64,000 nucleotides of DNA from Monocercomonoides exilis PA203 (GCA_001643675.2 LSRY02000047.1:186001-250000), one strand, 5' to 3'; counted from the stretch's first letter, positions 13,701 through 25,955 are shown. The notes: a model not told the origin generated them from the sequence alone. Made by a program: numbers and translations.

Positions 13701-14480
13701 ATGTGTGAAGGATACAATCCTGCTACAGAAAATGAAGAGTTTCTATCATCGAGTATTTCATGATATGGAATGAGATGCGACACTGCCTTCAATTCTTTGT
13801 GTTTCATTAAAATAAACTCTATGCTTGCATCTGTGATAACATTTGATACTGCTGAATGTCCAGTGAAGTCATTCATGTACAGAAAAAGACGAGGAGACCC
13901 CTTATTGACCTCAAGCTGATTTACCATCGAAGATACTCCTCTATCCAATGAATCTTGAAGATCTAAACAGTCACTTCCAACTTGTTTAATATCGAGGAAT
14001 GCCCATCCGAGACCAATTTCACCTTTCAATAATCCAAATTTGTTAGTTGCTTAATAATGATATAATAAAGATTATTTTTTTCGATAAAACATATTGATTT
14101 CATTTTAAATAATTTTTAAAGTTGGACAGTTGATATCAAACCAACGAGAACGACTTCAAACAGCAGCAATGGCTCTTTTTCTTGATCAGAAATAAAGAAC
14201 ATTACATCATTGCATTGAGCTGTATAGCATCCAGGAGTCGATTCTGTTCGTGAATGCAAAGGTCCTTCGTGCGTGTTTCCGATCCAGGTTTTGTTTGTAG
14301 GACTAAAAAAAGTGATATTTAGACGATATGTGAAAACGCAATCGTCGAAGCCAACGTGCTGAAAAATCAATATAAAAACATTTTTAATACAAAGGAAAAA
14401 ATAAATACTGCAGCTTCATCTTCTGGAATATTTATTATATTTTTAACTAGAAGACAAAATCCATCTATATTTTCGCTCAT
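4739..14480 (-). CDS. NPHP4: nephrocystin-4 (ciliary transition-zone protein) homolog with large low-complexity insertions, about 5 exons, ~3,100 aa
   Basis: Ordered NPHP4-like motifs: YRLNITFF..WIGNT (cf. YQLRVSLF..FFGRT), LLFEVV, GLGWAFL, KGSPRLFL (cf. HGTPRALL), KHKELKAVSHLIP, RRLIVIASNG (cf. RRLRVGVHNG), FCLIFMVVFD, C-terminal IPFVNPFEGQKTFSVSS (cf. NPYPSRRTF). ORFs 14116-14370, 9362-14029, 5202-9119 and 4739-5086 are separated by short AT-rich GT-AG introns; ATG at 14480. Confidence 0.8.
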
Positions 14481-14711
14481 TCAATTCAATAAGTTTACAT
14501 AATGGGTAGGATCTTTTTACAATTGTTTTAAAAACTAATCACACATAAAAATAAGGTGATGTTCTCTTAAAAAAAACTCATCACAAAAAACAAATGGCGT
14601 AAATAGTTGATAGAAAAACAAAATTAACATTACAACAAAAAAATACAGCCTTTAAAAAATAAAAAAATATTCATAGTTAGCTTGAAATGAAAGAATACTT
14701 TGTTGAAATTC

Positions 14712-16489
14712 TCAAGGCAATTCAAAGATTGAAATGTCTTTTCCAACACCAGAAACAGCAAATTGATCTCCGCAAATATCCCCACAGAAAAGGTTGTTTT
14801 TGAAACGATTGCGAGACACCAACTTTTTTTGTTAAAAAAAAGATTATATCAAGAAAATAATTTCAAAAGAATTCAAAAATAAAAATGTTAAAAATGCAAA
14901 CTCTTCTTGTTGATACATCAAACACAAACAGTTCGTTTGCTCCGCTTCCTCCAGCAATCACCATTTGCCTGTCTGAAGACAAAGACGAAGAAGATGCCGA
15001 AGACGAAGGAGCACTTGAAGAATGAGAAGAGAAAAATCCAAAATACAACATAGTTGATTCAGCTGCCGCTGCAACCGCAATCTTTCTCTGTATTTCCTCT
15101 TGTTCTATTTCAGATGGCGTAGGTGATGGTGAAGAGGAAACAGGGCTTGAGGCTTTGTCAACTGACATTGAAGAAGAAGAGGAGGAAGAAGAAGAAGACG
15201 AAGATGATGATGGAGTAGATGATGAAGATGGCATTTCTTCTGAAGAAGGTGTTGAAGAAGATGGAGGCAAAGGCTCCGAAGAAGAGGAAGAAGATGAAGA
15301 AGAAGGAACGGGATCTGTGAATGTCAGCTTGTCCATCGGAGGGATTGCAAATGTATGGACAAGAGAGCCACTGCCAAAGTCCCACAGCTGGAGCTGGTCT
15401 TTCACTCTCCATGAAGATGTCAGAATCAAATCTCCGTCGATGTCAATTCCTTCGCCGCCCAAATGCGGGCCAAATATCATCCGCTCAGCTGCGCTTGTGC
15501 GCAAATCCCATATCTGATATCAATATTTATTATTTCCAACCCAAAATACATGATAATTTTGCCAATTCAAAAAAATAAATGCATCATGTTCGCAATTTTT
15601 CAATAAGAAATTTGAAAAAAATATTGTTTGAAAATAAACCTGTACAGTGTTATCCCAACCACCAGATATGAGTATTTCTGGATGCGATGGATTAAATTTC
15701 ACGCAAAATATGCGATTTGAATGCGGCCTGTTAAATAAATCCCTGAAAAGCATCGATAATATGAAAAAAGCTGAAAAAATGCAAGCAAACTTTTTGTTCA
15801 ATATATTTATATTTGATTTTGTGTGTTCGTCATATATGCGAATCTACAAAATAATAAAAATGAAAAAATTAATTTTCAATAGAGTTACAACAATAATTAT
15901 AATTAAAAAGAACACATTTAAATCGCTTCCTGCTGTAGCAAATGATTTTCCGTCAGGCGTATAGTCAATGGTAAGGATTTCATTTCCTTCCTCTTTTATT
16001 GAATGCATCAATCTTCCCGTTGTCAGATGCCAGTGCTTGACAGTTCCATCAGAATCTGTCAAATGAAATCAGAAATAAAAAGTAATTTTCATCAATAAAA
16101 GTATTTTCATACTTCCTGTTAACAAAGCAGGATACTGCGAAGCAGTTACTATTAATTATTTTTGAAATATTTTTATAAATCGCAATAAACGTTTGCAAAC
16201 ATGGACGATAGCGCATTCCCATCACAGGAAACCCTTGGGGCTGCCCCATGTCAAATCCATATAAAAACTTATAAACAGGCAAATTGTACAACTAATTTTT
16301 CATTTGTATGAAGTTATATTTACTATTAAATTGACGAAAAATGCAAACTCTGACACCACCATCAAAGCATCCAGCAGCAAGATATTTTCCATCAGGCGAA
16401 TACTTAAGGCATAAAACTGATGCTCCAAGGTCTGGAATACCACGGAAAACTGATAATTGTCGCGTCATTGTGCTTTTTAAACTTGCCAT
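14712..16489 (-). CDS. WD40-repeat protein, multi-exon, with a Ser-rich insertion
   Basis: Successive exons encode WD-like blades: VLCLKYSPDGKYLAAGCFDGGVR, DSDGTVKHWH, ILTIDYTPDGKSFATAGSD, HSNRIFCVKFNP..ISGGWDNTVQ-IWD, LQLWD, LFVFD; ends DISIFELP* (TGA 14712-14714). Confidence 0.85.
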
Positions 16490-16644
16490 TTCTATTCGTA
16501 ATTTTTTTTATAAAATAATAATGGACTCAATAAAAAACAAAATTTTTCTATTTTTGCATTGTTACAAAGTTTCAGTACTATTTTCAAATATTTAATCCAA
16601 AATTGGGGCCAAAGAATTTTTTATTTTTCCATCATCAAGTTTTC
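16490..16644. promoter_or_regulatory. putative compact bidirectional promoter
   Basis: Only ~155 bp of AT-rich sequence lies between the divergent ATGs of the WD40 gene (16489, -) and the importin-alpha-like gene (16645, +). Confidence 0.4.
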
Positions 16645-19600
16645 ATGTTCCCTTCACAAGCAAACCCTTTTGGGGCTTCTGCCAGGGACAGAGAAAACGA
16701 GAGGCTACAAACATTCAACAAGGAACAGAAAATTGATGATAGGCTGGATGAAAGTGAAAAGCATTTATTTTCTTTAAGATCTGATCAAAGAGATGATTTC
16801 CTCTATAAAAGAAGGAAACTTACTCACAAAAAATCATCAAGTGACTCCTCCTCATTGGAGGCAATACGAGTTCTGCTTGATCAAATCCAACAAACTGATT
16901 CTCAATTAGTTTTGCAAGCATCAAAAGAATTATGTAATTATCTTTCTAACAGTTTGCAATTATTTTTGAAAAATAAAATGCTGCGTTATATAAATACTTA
17001 AGAGGATACTGCAATCATAACTGAATTTCAAAGATTTAACGGAATGTCAATACTTGTGAATGCATGTAATTCAACAAATTCAGTAGAAATACAAGTGAGC
17101 ATTTTTTGTTTCATGTTTGAAGATTTTTTATTTTTTTATGTGCATACAATATAGCATAACGTAATACAGTGCATGATGAATTTGGGTTTGGTTTTTATTA
17201 TTTATAATTTTTGGAACTTTTTTTTGAAATTTTTTCTTATTTGAAAACAGCCGCGCAAGAAAACAGTTTTACACGCTCAGTTGCTTTTGCAGGCGTTCCT
17301 CAAATTATTGCTCAAATATTGACTTCTTCCAGCGTATTAATCCTTCGCGAGGATGTGTGAATCATCAATAATGAATAAAATCAAATTTACAGAAATACTT
17401 TTTTTTGTGTAAAAACACATATTTAAATAGGCAATGATGTGCATAGGGAATGTTGCGTCTGGAGAAGACGGTGTCAAAGACATGCTTTTGGAAGGCCCCA
17501 TTCCTTCTATTGCAATCAGCATTGTGATGTCAACATCTCCTTTTCTTCCTGATTTGTGCGACACTGTTCAATCAATCCTCAGTTCTTTCCCAGCAAATTC
17601 TTCTTCTTCCACCACCCCTTCTTCTTCTTCTTCTTCTTCTTCTTCTTCTGTTCCTTCACCTCTAACGATGCAGCAAAGTCCATTTGCCTCATCCACTCAG
17701 TTTTTAAAGCCAATGGCTGTAAAACCTGCACCAAGAATTGACATTTCATCCATCATTTATCACGACGAAAAATCCAGCACCCAACCTTCACTACCAACCA
17801 CAGCATATCCTCCCCCTCTTTCTGCGCGGCTGCTGTCGTTCTCTCTTTTTTTCATCTCAAACATCTGCAAACAATCAGACACGAATCTTTTCCGCCCTCT
17901 GTTGGGTCTGTTTGTGCTAATCATTCTTGTCTTCCACCACCACAACGAGGTTTGGAGGCACATCATCGATGCAGCCTCGCTGAGTGTGTTCTTAAACGCC
18001 GACGACGGCCGGCTCCATCTGTCCCAGCTGCCTCCGTCTTTTCCTGCTTCTCTCCATTCATCGCTTGCCCTTTCTCCGCTGGACCCTTCGCCTTTCCCCT
18101 TCTGCCTGTACACTTTGTTTGATCTCCTCACAATCATCAATCAGATTTGCGAAAATGATGCACAAGCATCACGGGTATGGATTTTGATGATGCGGAACAT
18201 CCTTTTCTTCTTATTTATTCGTCTTGCTAACTCTTTTATTGTTCTGATTTATTTTTGTTTTTGTTTCTTTTATTCTTATCATTATGTCTTTAACAAAAAT
18301 GTTCTCACATATTTTTTTCCACCTTTTATCCAAAATATCCACTTGAAAGTATGTTATACAAACAGGAATTGTGCCACTGTTGATACAGCTTTGCAGCGAA
18401 AAAGACAAAACACTCATTTTCAAGTCAATTAAACTTATAGGCACACTTTTTATTCCACTCGAGACAGATGAAGAATCCAATGCTTTCGGAAATGTGTGTC
18501 TTTCTTCACATTCTTCTTTTATTTCAATTTCTATGTCTATTCTATTTCTATTCTATTTCTATTCTATTTCTATTCTATTTCTATTTCTAATTATTTAATA
18601 TTCAAAAAAAAAAAAAAAAATATTAATAAACACATATTTTCTCTCTTTTTTTTTTATCAGCTTCTCGTTTCAAACAACTTCCTTCCCATCGCCAGCAACA
18701 TCCTCATGGGCTACTCCGGTCTGAAGAAGCTGAAAACTGAAGTCGGACTTCTGCTGAGCAACTTGTGCAGCTGCACCGACGAATCGATTATCGACTCCAT
18801 CATCAAAACCGGTCTGCTCTCAATCATGCTGGCAATTCTGTCTGCCCCTTCCACACCTTCCACCGTTGCAAAATACCTCATCAGCGCCTTGCACAACATT
18901 GCCTGCGGGCCTGAGAAGCACAAAGAGGTGATGGTGGCAGAGCAGGTGGCTGGATATATGGTGGATGCACTGGACTACAAGTGGGACGTGACGGAAGAGC
19001 TGTACATCGTCCACACACTCAAGCTGCTGCTTCAGACAGGAAACAACATCGCCAGGCAGAAGCGGCTGCGGATGGAGAAGGAGATGAAAGGCGGAGAGAA
19101 AGGAGGAGAAGGAGGCAGTGGAGAAAGAGATGTGATGGATGCAGACGAGGAAGAGCTGTACAGCAGCGAATATTCAGCAGTGAAGCCACATGTTCTGAAT
19201 GCGAATGCAAATTCAAATATGAATGTGAATGCGTCAGGCGAAGAGTTTGAGTCCGCGTCTTCCATTGTTGCGATGGAGATGGCGCTGAATCCCGTTCTGA
19301 AGGAGATGGAAGAGCGCGACCGGATTGAGCAGCTTGCGCAGCTTCTGGGGTCGAAAAACAAGAAGGTGAGCAGAATGGCGCTGGAGGTGTACACAGACTA
19401 CTTGATGTACCTGGAGAAGGAGATGGAGGACGATGCAGACGAAGATGACATGGAGGACTGGACATTCGACGGCGATGGGGATGGAGACGGAGATGGTATT
19501 GATGCTGAAGATGGCGGGTTCTCAGAAATGGATGGAAGGAGAGAGAGCGCAGGCAATGAATCGAATGGTGTGATTAGCTTTTTTCGTGTGTTGAATAAAT

Positions 19601-20049
19601 TTTGCTTCTCCACATTGAACTTTCTACTTCTTCTTCTTCTTCTTCTTTATTTTATTTTTTTTTTCTGAATTGTTTGTGGATTTTCTCAAATATTCCCATT
19701 TGTTAAAAAATAAAATAAAATAAATAAAATAGCATCCGCGATTGACATGAGTGCCTGGGAGAAAGAACTGAAGCAGCAGAGAAAGGAGAAAATGGACCAC
19801 CGAAAGAAATGCCTGCAGCAGTTCCGCTCGTTCTCAAGCGCACAGGACCAGCCGCAACAGCTTCCTTCCAGCCAGCTGTCTTCCTTCGTATCGTCGTTCT
19901 CCCTCACAAACCCTTCTGCTAATGTTACTCAGCAAAACCTTGCCAACCAGCCTCTCTTCCCTCAAATTAACACATCTCAGCCAGCGTTCCCTTCTTCTCA
20001 GACTCCATTTCCTTTGGCTCCTGCAAATCCAATTTTCCCTCCATCTTGA
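16645..20049 (+). CDS. divergent importin-alpha-like ARM-repeat protein, multi-exon
   Basis: N-terminal IBB-like FSLRSDQRDDFLYKRRK; ARM helix-3 motifs (QCMMNL, MCIGNVASG, FFISNICK, LLLSNLCS, SALHNIACG); C-terminal IEQLAQLLGSKNKKVSRMALEVYTDY (cf. KIE.LQ.H.N..VY..AL.LIE.YF), followed by an acidic stretch and a Q/P-rich last exon ending at 20049. Confidence 0.75.
18536..18590. repeat. (TCTATT)n-like intronic microsatellite
   Basis: tctattctatttctattctatttctattc... visible directly. Confidence 0.8.
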
Positions 20050-20416
20050 TCGTCAAATACCTTTTTATTTCTTTTTCTGAAATTTGATTTTCACTTCGTA
20101 AAAATAATGTGATGCAATTTGAATTTTTTTTTATTATTCAAATAAATCAAATTGCTTTCATTTCAAGCAAATAAATAAAATATCATATCGAATAAACTAT
20201 TTTTTCATTATAAAAATGATATACATCAATATTTTTAATTCATATCTGCAATCTTTATGAAAAAGTTGAAAGATCACAAGTGCCCTTATTTACTTAGTTG
20301 AAAACGGTTTGAAGATAAAGATCATTTTTTCAGTGGATATCATGAATAACCTCATTTTTTTAATTCTTATTTTTTAAATTTGCATTTGAATTATTTTATT
20401 TTATTTTAGAATACTT

Positions 20417-22176
20417 ATGAGCACTCCTGAACCATCAGAAGAAGGTAAGAGTGAAATCTCTCCTTCTTCCGAAGGCGCTGAAGAAGTAACTGGAGATGGA
20501 GACTTGGGAGAGGAACAGCTTGAGTCTGATGGTATGAAATTTTTTTTTACTAGTTGATGTGCTTAATGCTGAATAGCTCCTATGAGCGTTTTTTTGAAAA
20601 AGAAAACAATGGCAGATTTTCCTGGTTTAACAACAACAACTTTGCGTCAACCTATTTTCCCCCCAATACCTCAGCTTTCTTTATATGGAACAACAACGAG
20701 GCTTACACCGGGATTATCTTCTGAGGCAATTTTAGAAAGTGTTCGAAAAGATTATGAAAATGCAACTTACAAAGTTGAATCTTTAACAGAGCGAGAAAAG
20801 GAAGGAACAGGAAAAGCTGTTTCATATTCTAATTCTTCTTCAACAAGTCCTGTTCCAAGATTAACTCCATCTCCAACTCCTTCAATGCAATCTTCACCTG
20901 GAATGTTAACTTCCAGAACACTTGCAGCTTCACTTGCACCTGTTCTTTCGCATATTCCACCTTTGCCACTTCCTTCTACATCTTCTTTCACTCCACCACC
21001 TCCTCCATCTCTGCTTTCTGAACGCTCACTATCAATACATACACCTCAGTTGAAAGGAGCTTCTGTACAACAGCTAATGAGCTCATACATACAAGATTTA
21101 ACAATGCCACTACAAGTCATTGACTGTCAAAAGTTTATAAATTGGACTGATCTTGTTTCAACATGGACGTTCGAAGAAAGGAAGAAGAGAGAAGAAAAAA
21201 CTTCTGTATGCAAAAGAGTTTTAAAATGATCATAAATTTTTTTCTCAATATTTTGTTGACTTTCACTTTTCACTTCATGAAAAAATATTTCAACCTTCAA
21301 ATTTTATATTTTCAATTTAGATTGCTCGCTTTGCAAATCTTGGGTATTATGTTCCTGAGCTGGATATTGAGGAAGATATTAACTCTCGGATATTCCTCGT
21401 GTCTGGAGATATTACAAGCATTGCATGTGATGTAGTCATCAATGCTACGAATGAAGCTCTTCAGGCGGTGTCGCTTGTTTCGCAGGCTTTGATGGCGCGT
21501 GCTGGCCCTCGCCTGAAGACCGCTCTATCACAGCTGTCAATGTCTGCTGGTGAGTCAAGAATGACCAAAGGGTACAATTTGCCTGCAACTCACGTCATAC
21601 ACACTGCTGCGCCAGAAACAGAACAGCCAACTTTGCTCAAGGCATCGCTTGATTCGGCGCTTACAATGGCAGTTGAAAACGACTTTAGGACGATAGTGTG
21701 CTTTATTATTATTATTATTTTCATGCAATTTACGTATTCTGTTTAATTTATTTGTATTTTAACAATTTTGATGTCTAATCTTAAATATATGATTTCGATT
21801 TTATAACACATGCATATTCTTATTATCTTTATTTCATTTATTTTTTCTTCTTTAGGCTGTTCCTGCCTTTGCTTCTGAAAGTTATCCTCGTCCTTCGTCG
21901 CACCCAACATATCCACTGGTTCCAGCTGTTCATGTTATGATGCGAACAGCACGCAAATGGATGGACACAAACTGGGCAAAAGTTGACAGGCTCATCTTTG
22001 TTGCGTCGTCACCGCGAGAATTTAATGTTTTCTGTGAATTGATGCTGGACTACTTCCCTTGCCTCCCCACGAAGCCCCCTTCTCCGCCTCCTCCACCACC
22101 TCCGCCACCTGTCATTGAGGAAAAGCCAAAGTCCGGAAAGAAGAAGAAGAAGAAGAAGAAGAAGGGAAAGAAATAA
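20417..22176 (+). CDS. macrodomain protein (GDAP2/MacroD-like) with disordered N-terminus and poly-Lys C-terminus, about 4 exons
   Basis: RIFLVSGDITSIACDVVINATNEAL..VSQALMARAGPRL..AGESRMTKGYNLPATHVIHTAAP..ENDFRTI/AVPAF..YPLVPAVHVMMRTARKWMD..VDRLIFV..YFP is a complete macro fold; GT-AG introns near 20532, 21197-21320 and 21696-21855. Confidence 0.85.
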
Positions 22177-22389
22177 GAAGAGATATTTGTTTTCATTACA
22201 TGGAGCTCTTTCACTTCATTTTGAAATATTTTTATCAGTTATTTTTTATTCAATGAACAAACTTCAAAATTTATTACAAAAATGGAAAGGAATATTTCAG
22301 AAAAACGAATTTGAAAAAATAATTTTTAAGAAGATAAATCAACATTCAAAAACATTTCGAAATGGATAGAGAACTGAACAATAACCATT

Positions 22390-22390
<1 letters not shown>

Positions 22391-22450
<60 letters not shown>
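22391..22450. repeat. poly-T tract (60 nt) followed by (GTT)n
   Basis: Seen directly. Confidence 0.9.
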
Positions 22451-22451
<1 letters not shown>

Positions 22452-23469
22452 TAGTAGAAGAAGTTGTTGTTGTTGTTGTTGTTGGAAAATCAACACTTTT
22501 CTTTTCAAAATGATAATGAAATATTATTTCAAAAATAACATTAAACATGATTGTTAGATATTCTTTATGCAAATTTGTATTGGAAAACCTGTTTTTTGTT
22601 ATTGAAACTTTTAAATGAAAAGATTTTTAATATCATGATGACCAGTAACGGATATCATATCATCGGATTTTGCACAACATTTTTAATACAATACACAATT
22701 GTGATTGATAGTGATTTTTCTTTGTCAGAAAAAAAGGATAAATAATTTATTTATAAATTAATTTTGTGTGTAGAAATTTTTTATTTATAAAAATTCACAC
22801 TAATATACATTTATCACTTCCGGAAACAATTTATATCATATATACACATTATTAAGATTTATTTGAACATAACATAGGGTGATTGTTTTTGAAATCACAT
22901 TTTTTCATACGATATAATTGGTTTCAAAAATATCTCTCGTATAACAACAAAAGAACACTAAAAAGTGAAAAGGCTTCTCGAAAACATTTTTATCTTTGAT
23001 TTGATAAAAACGTTTGTTAAAAAAATACAATTATCACACTATTTCTCTTTTGACTAAAAATATTCTTTCAAAAAACAAACAATCTTTTCAAAATCAACAC
23101 CGAGAAAAAATATATGATATAGATAATAAGCATCATAAAAAAAAAACAAAAAAATAGAAATAAAAGAACAAATTGTGTTTTTCATATTATAAAGTTCCAT
23201 AAAAATTAAAAAATTAGGTTTATTCTTTTTGATAAGTCTCGAACGTTTAATATCTGAATTTGAAAAATATTTACGTTTTTTGATCAATTTTTGTGATAAA
23301 TCCATCAAGCATAATCATTTTGTTAATAAGATGTATCAAACCTTTTTAATAAAAGAAAATAGGCACAGTGGAGAAATACGACATATGAAAAAAAAAAATG
23401 ATGAAATAAAATCATTTTTATTAAGTGAAGATGTTAAATATTTGTAACTTTCTAAAAATAAAACACATA

Positions 23470-24270
23470 AGATTGAGAATATTTAGCGCCGGCGATTTAA
23501 TTCGATGGAAAATAATGTAAAATAAGCAAAATTTTTCTTTGCACACAAAAATGTGACTGTTAACGAACGTGATTATATTCGCTGTGATTATATCCGGTTA
23601 AGACTGTAAGAAAAAGAATATTTGACTAAAAAAATTTTTTTGACTTGTTTTTTTGGGGTGATAAAAAATCAGATGTTGCATTATTTGACAAGCTTTTTCA
23701 GGATAAAGAAAAGATTAGGGAGTTTTTTCTTCATTTCATTAACTTTCTTTTTGAAACGGAAAAATACTATTCTTGTAGAAGAAAAACGGAAACAAACTTC
23801 AATTTATAAAACAAGTTGATAATGGAGATGTGCAGCATTTTACAAATAAATATCATATTTAAAGGAAACTCAGTTTTATTTATATCTTCAGAAAATCAAC
23901 ACAGTTTTATTTATGCTTTTGCATTTCTGGCAAGAAAATTGAATTTGTCAATACTCATATCTAACTTGAGTTTGCAAAAGCACAGCCGGTTTCTTGTTTT
24001 CACTAAAGAGAGTATCGATTTATATTCTTATGCAAAGTGTGAGGTTTATTCTTGGGGGAGAAGGTTGTTTTGTTGAAATTGACTTCGCGTTTTTTATTCA
24101 TAGAAAGAACCATTCGAGGAATAGGAGGAAACAAATATAGTTTTTTGGGTCAGTGGAAAGAAATGAAAATGATGAAAATGGGAAATGTTTTGTTTTTTTT
24201 CAGTTCCTAACAGAAAAAAGGAGATTAAAATTCCCGTCATAAAGGCCAATATCCAAAAAGGAACAAATCA
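23470..24270 (+). pseudogene. decayed Merlin / IS1595 (ISXO2-like) DDE transposase fragment
   Basis: 24051-24268 translates (one stop, one frameshift) to LGGEGCFVEIDFAFFIHRKNHSRNRRKQI*FFGSVERNENDENGKCFVFF/VPNRKKEIKIPVIKANIQKGT, matching the Merlin pattern IGG.G..VEIDE....RK...G.......WVFGG.ER....CF...V..R....L.P.I...I..GT. It is truncated before the second catalytic Asp. Upstream RKNTIL resembles the motif after the Zn ribbon; the 5' boundary is approximate. Confidence 0.8.
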
Positions 24271-24532
24271 ATTTTTTTCTTATTTTTTGTTCTTCGACAA
24301 ATTCTATATTTATCTCTTCTTCCTCCACCACTTTAAATAAAAAAAAAGTTAATCATGAATTGCAAGAGAAAAGCAACGCACAAAACAGAGGGGAAGAAGA
24401 ATCAGTTTTATTTCATTTGAGATCTTTTCAATTTTTATTGTCAAGTTTCCCGCAAGCAGAAATATGTGAAATATTTCTTCTTTTGAAGCCAAGCTCACAA
24501 AATGCCCAGCAACAAACAATAAAAAACACATT

Positions 24533-25402
24533 GGCATAATGATACTACAGATATTGCATAAAATACCGGACATCGCACAAAATACCGGACAAGATCGATT
24601 TCATAATAACTGCTAGAAGAAAAATTCTGTTAATTTTCCTCAATATATATCTCATCAACACAGACTCATAAAAGAAACGAGACTTTAAAAATATATTCAT
24701 TGGTGCTCATAAGAATCAATTTTTTGAAATTTCGGAGAAATTAAATTTTGTTCTTCTCCGATATTATGAAAATAATTTTCTATGAGCACAAATAAAGCTG
24801 CTTTGAAAGATTTGTATGTCAAGTGAGTTTGTATTGAGGAGATATATTTTGAGGAAAATTGTCAGAATTTTTCTTCTTGTGGTGATTGAGATATCGATCT
24901 TGTCCGGTTTTTTGTGCGATGTCCGGTATTTTATGCAATATCTGTATATGGTATTCACTGAAATAGAATAAAATTTATATGGCATGATTTCATTTATTAT
25001 ATTATTGTTTTTTATGCTAATGATTTTGTGCGGAAACGTTTTCTCATGAAATCGAAATTATTAGAAAAATCTTGTTTTTCAAATTATTAATGGGATAAGC
25101 TCAAAAAATGATAATTGTTTTAAAAATTAAAAAACCGAGATCCGGATGAGCAAAAGATAAAAAAACGTTTTTAATAATTGAGAAGTTTATTTAGGAGATG
25201 GAGATGATGAAAATTGCTTCGGAAAACATCCTTTTGATGAAATAAGAATTATGAAAAAACAGAAATGATTAATTTTTTATTTTTTGTTAATAACACATTT
25301 CCGCAAACTTTTATCATACAGCACATGCTAAAAACAACATATATAATCAGAATATAGTGTTATTAGTGAAATTTGCAAAATTCTATATTGTACTATTATG
25401 CC
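24533..25402. mobile_element. non-autonomous Merlin-type element (GG...CC ends, 8-bp TSD AACACATT) carrying a nested MITE
   Basis: AACACATT at 24525-24532 and 25403-25410. Left end GGCATAATGATAC(TA)TATGGTATT versus right-end reverse complement GGCATAATAGTACAATATAGAATT; degenerate inverted similarity continues inward (TGCGGAAACG at ~25029 vs CATTTCCGCA at ~25296). Confidence 0.8.
24548..24944. mobile_element. 397-bp fold-back MITE, Tc1/mariner-type (TA TSD, CAG termini)
   Basis: TA|CAGATATTGCATAAAATACCGGACATCGCACAAAATACCGGACAAGATCGAT at the left and its near-perfect reverse complement ending ...TGCAATATCTG|TA at the right. Inverted similarity extends almost to the centre (TCGGAGAA...TTCTCCGA). 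Confidence 0.9.
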
Positions 25403-25899
25403 AACACATTCGCAGCAGGAGATGTTTCAAGACAGGAAGATCATCTTCAAACAATAAGCAGAATATCTAACAAGTTGACATCTTTTGTTGAATTTAGCTA
25501 CGAATTTGATGTCAAAATTGAATAAGAAAGAGGAAGGAGAAGAAAGAGAGGAGTGCATCAAATAATCAACTCCAAGTTTTCATTTCTATTAGTCGTTTAA
25601 GGATTGAATCGAAAGCACGAACACAAGAAGAGGAATAACCCAAATTATATTTTGCTATTTGCATCCTTATCTTTTCAGCAATTGGTTTTTTATTTCACAA
25701 TTCATCTGTTGCCTGTTTCTTTCTTTTTATCTTCATCGACAATCATATTTTGATGTTTTCGAAGCGATTTCAGATGCTCCTGACAAAACATTTCAAATGT
25801 TTCTAATGCATTTCACAGAATCATTTGCGATTCAACAGCAAGGAAGAAAATTCTCTGTTTTGCTGTACGCCTCATTTGCCACGCCTTTTCACTTTTCCG

Positions 25900-25953
<54 letters not shown>
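25900..25953. repeat. poly-A tract (54 nt)
   Basis: Seen directly. Confidence 0.9.

Positions 25954-25955
<2 letters not shown>

Noticed and set aside
22822-22925. Short imperfect inverted repeat (GAAACAATTTATATCATAT / ATACGATATAATTGGTTTC)
   Set aside because: About 19 bp, AT-rich and without a TSD; could not be tied to the Merlin relic's terminus.
22391-25953. Poly-T and poly-A tracts as retroposon tails or as termini of one element
   Set aside because: No TSD, no RT remnant and no recognisable parent transcript; long homopolymers may be slippage or assembly products.
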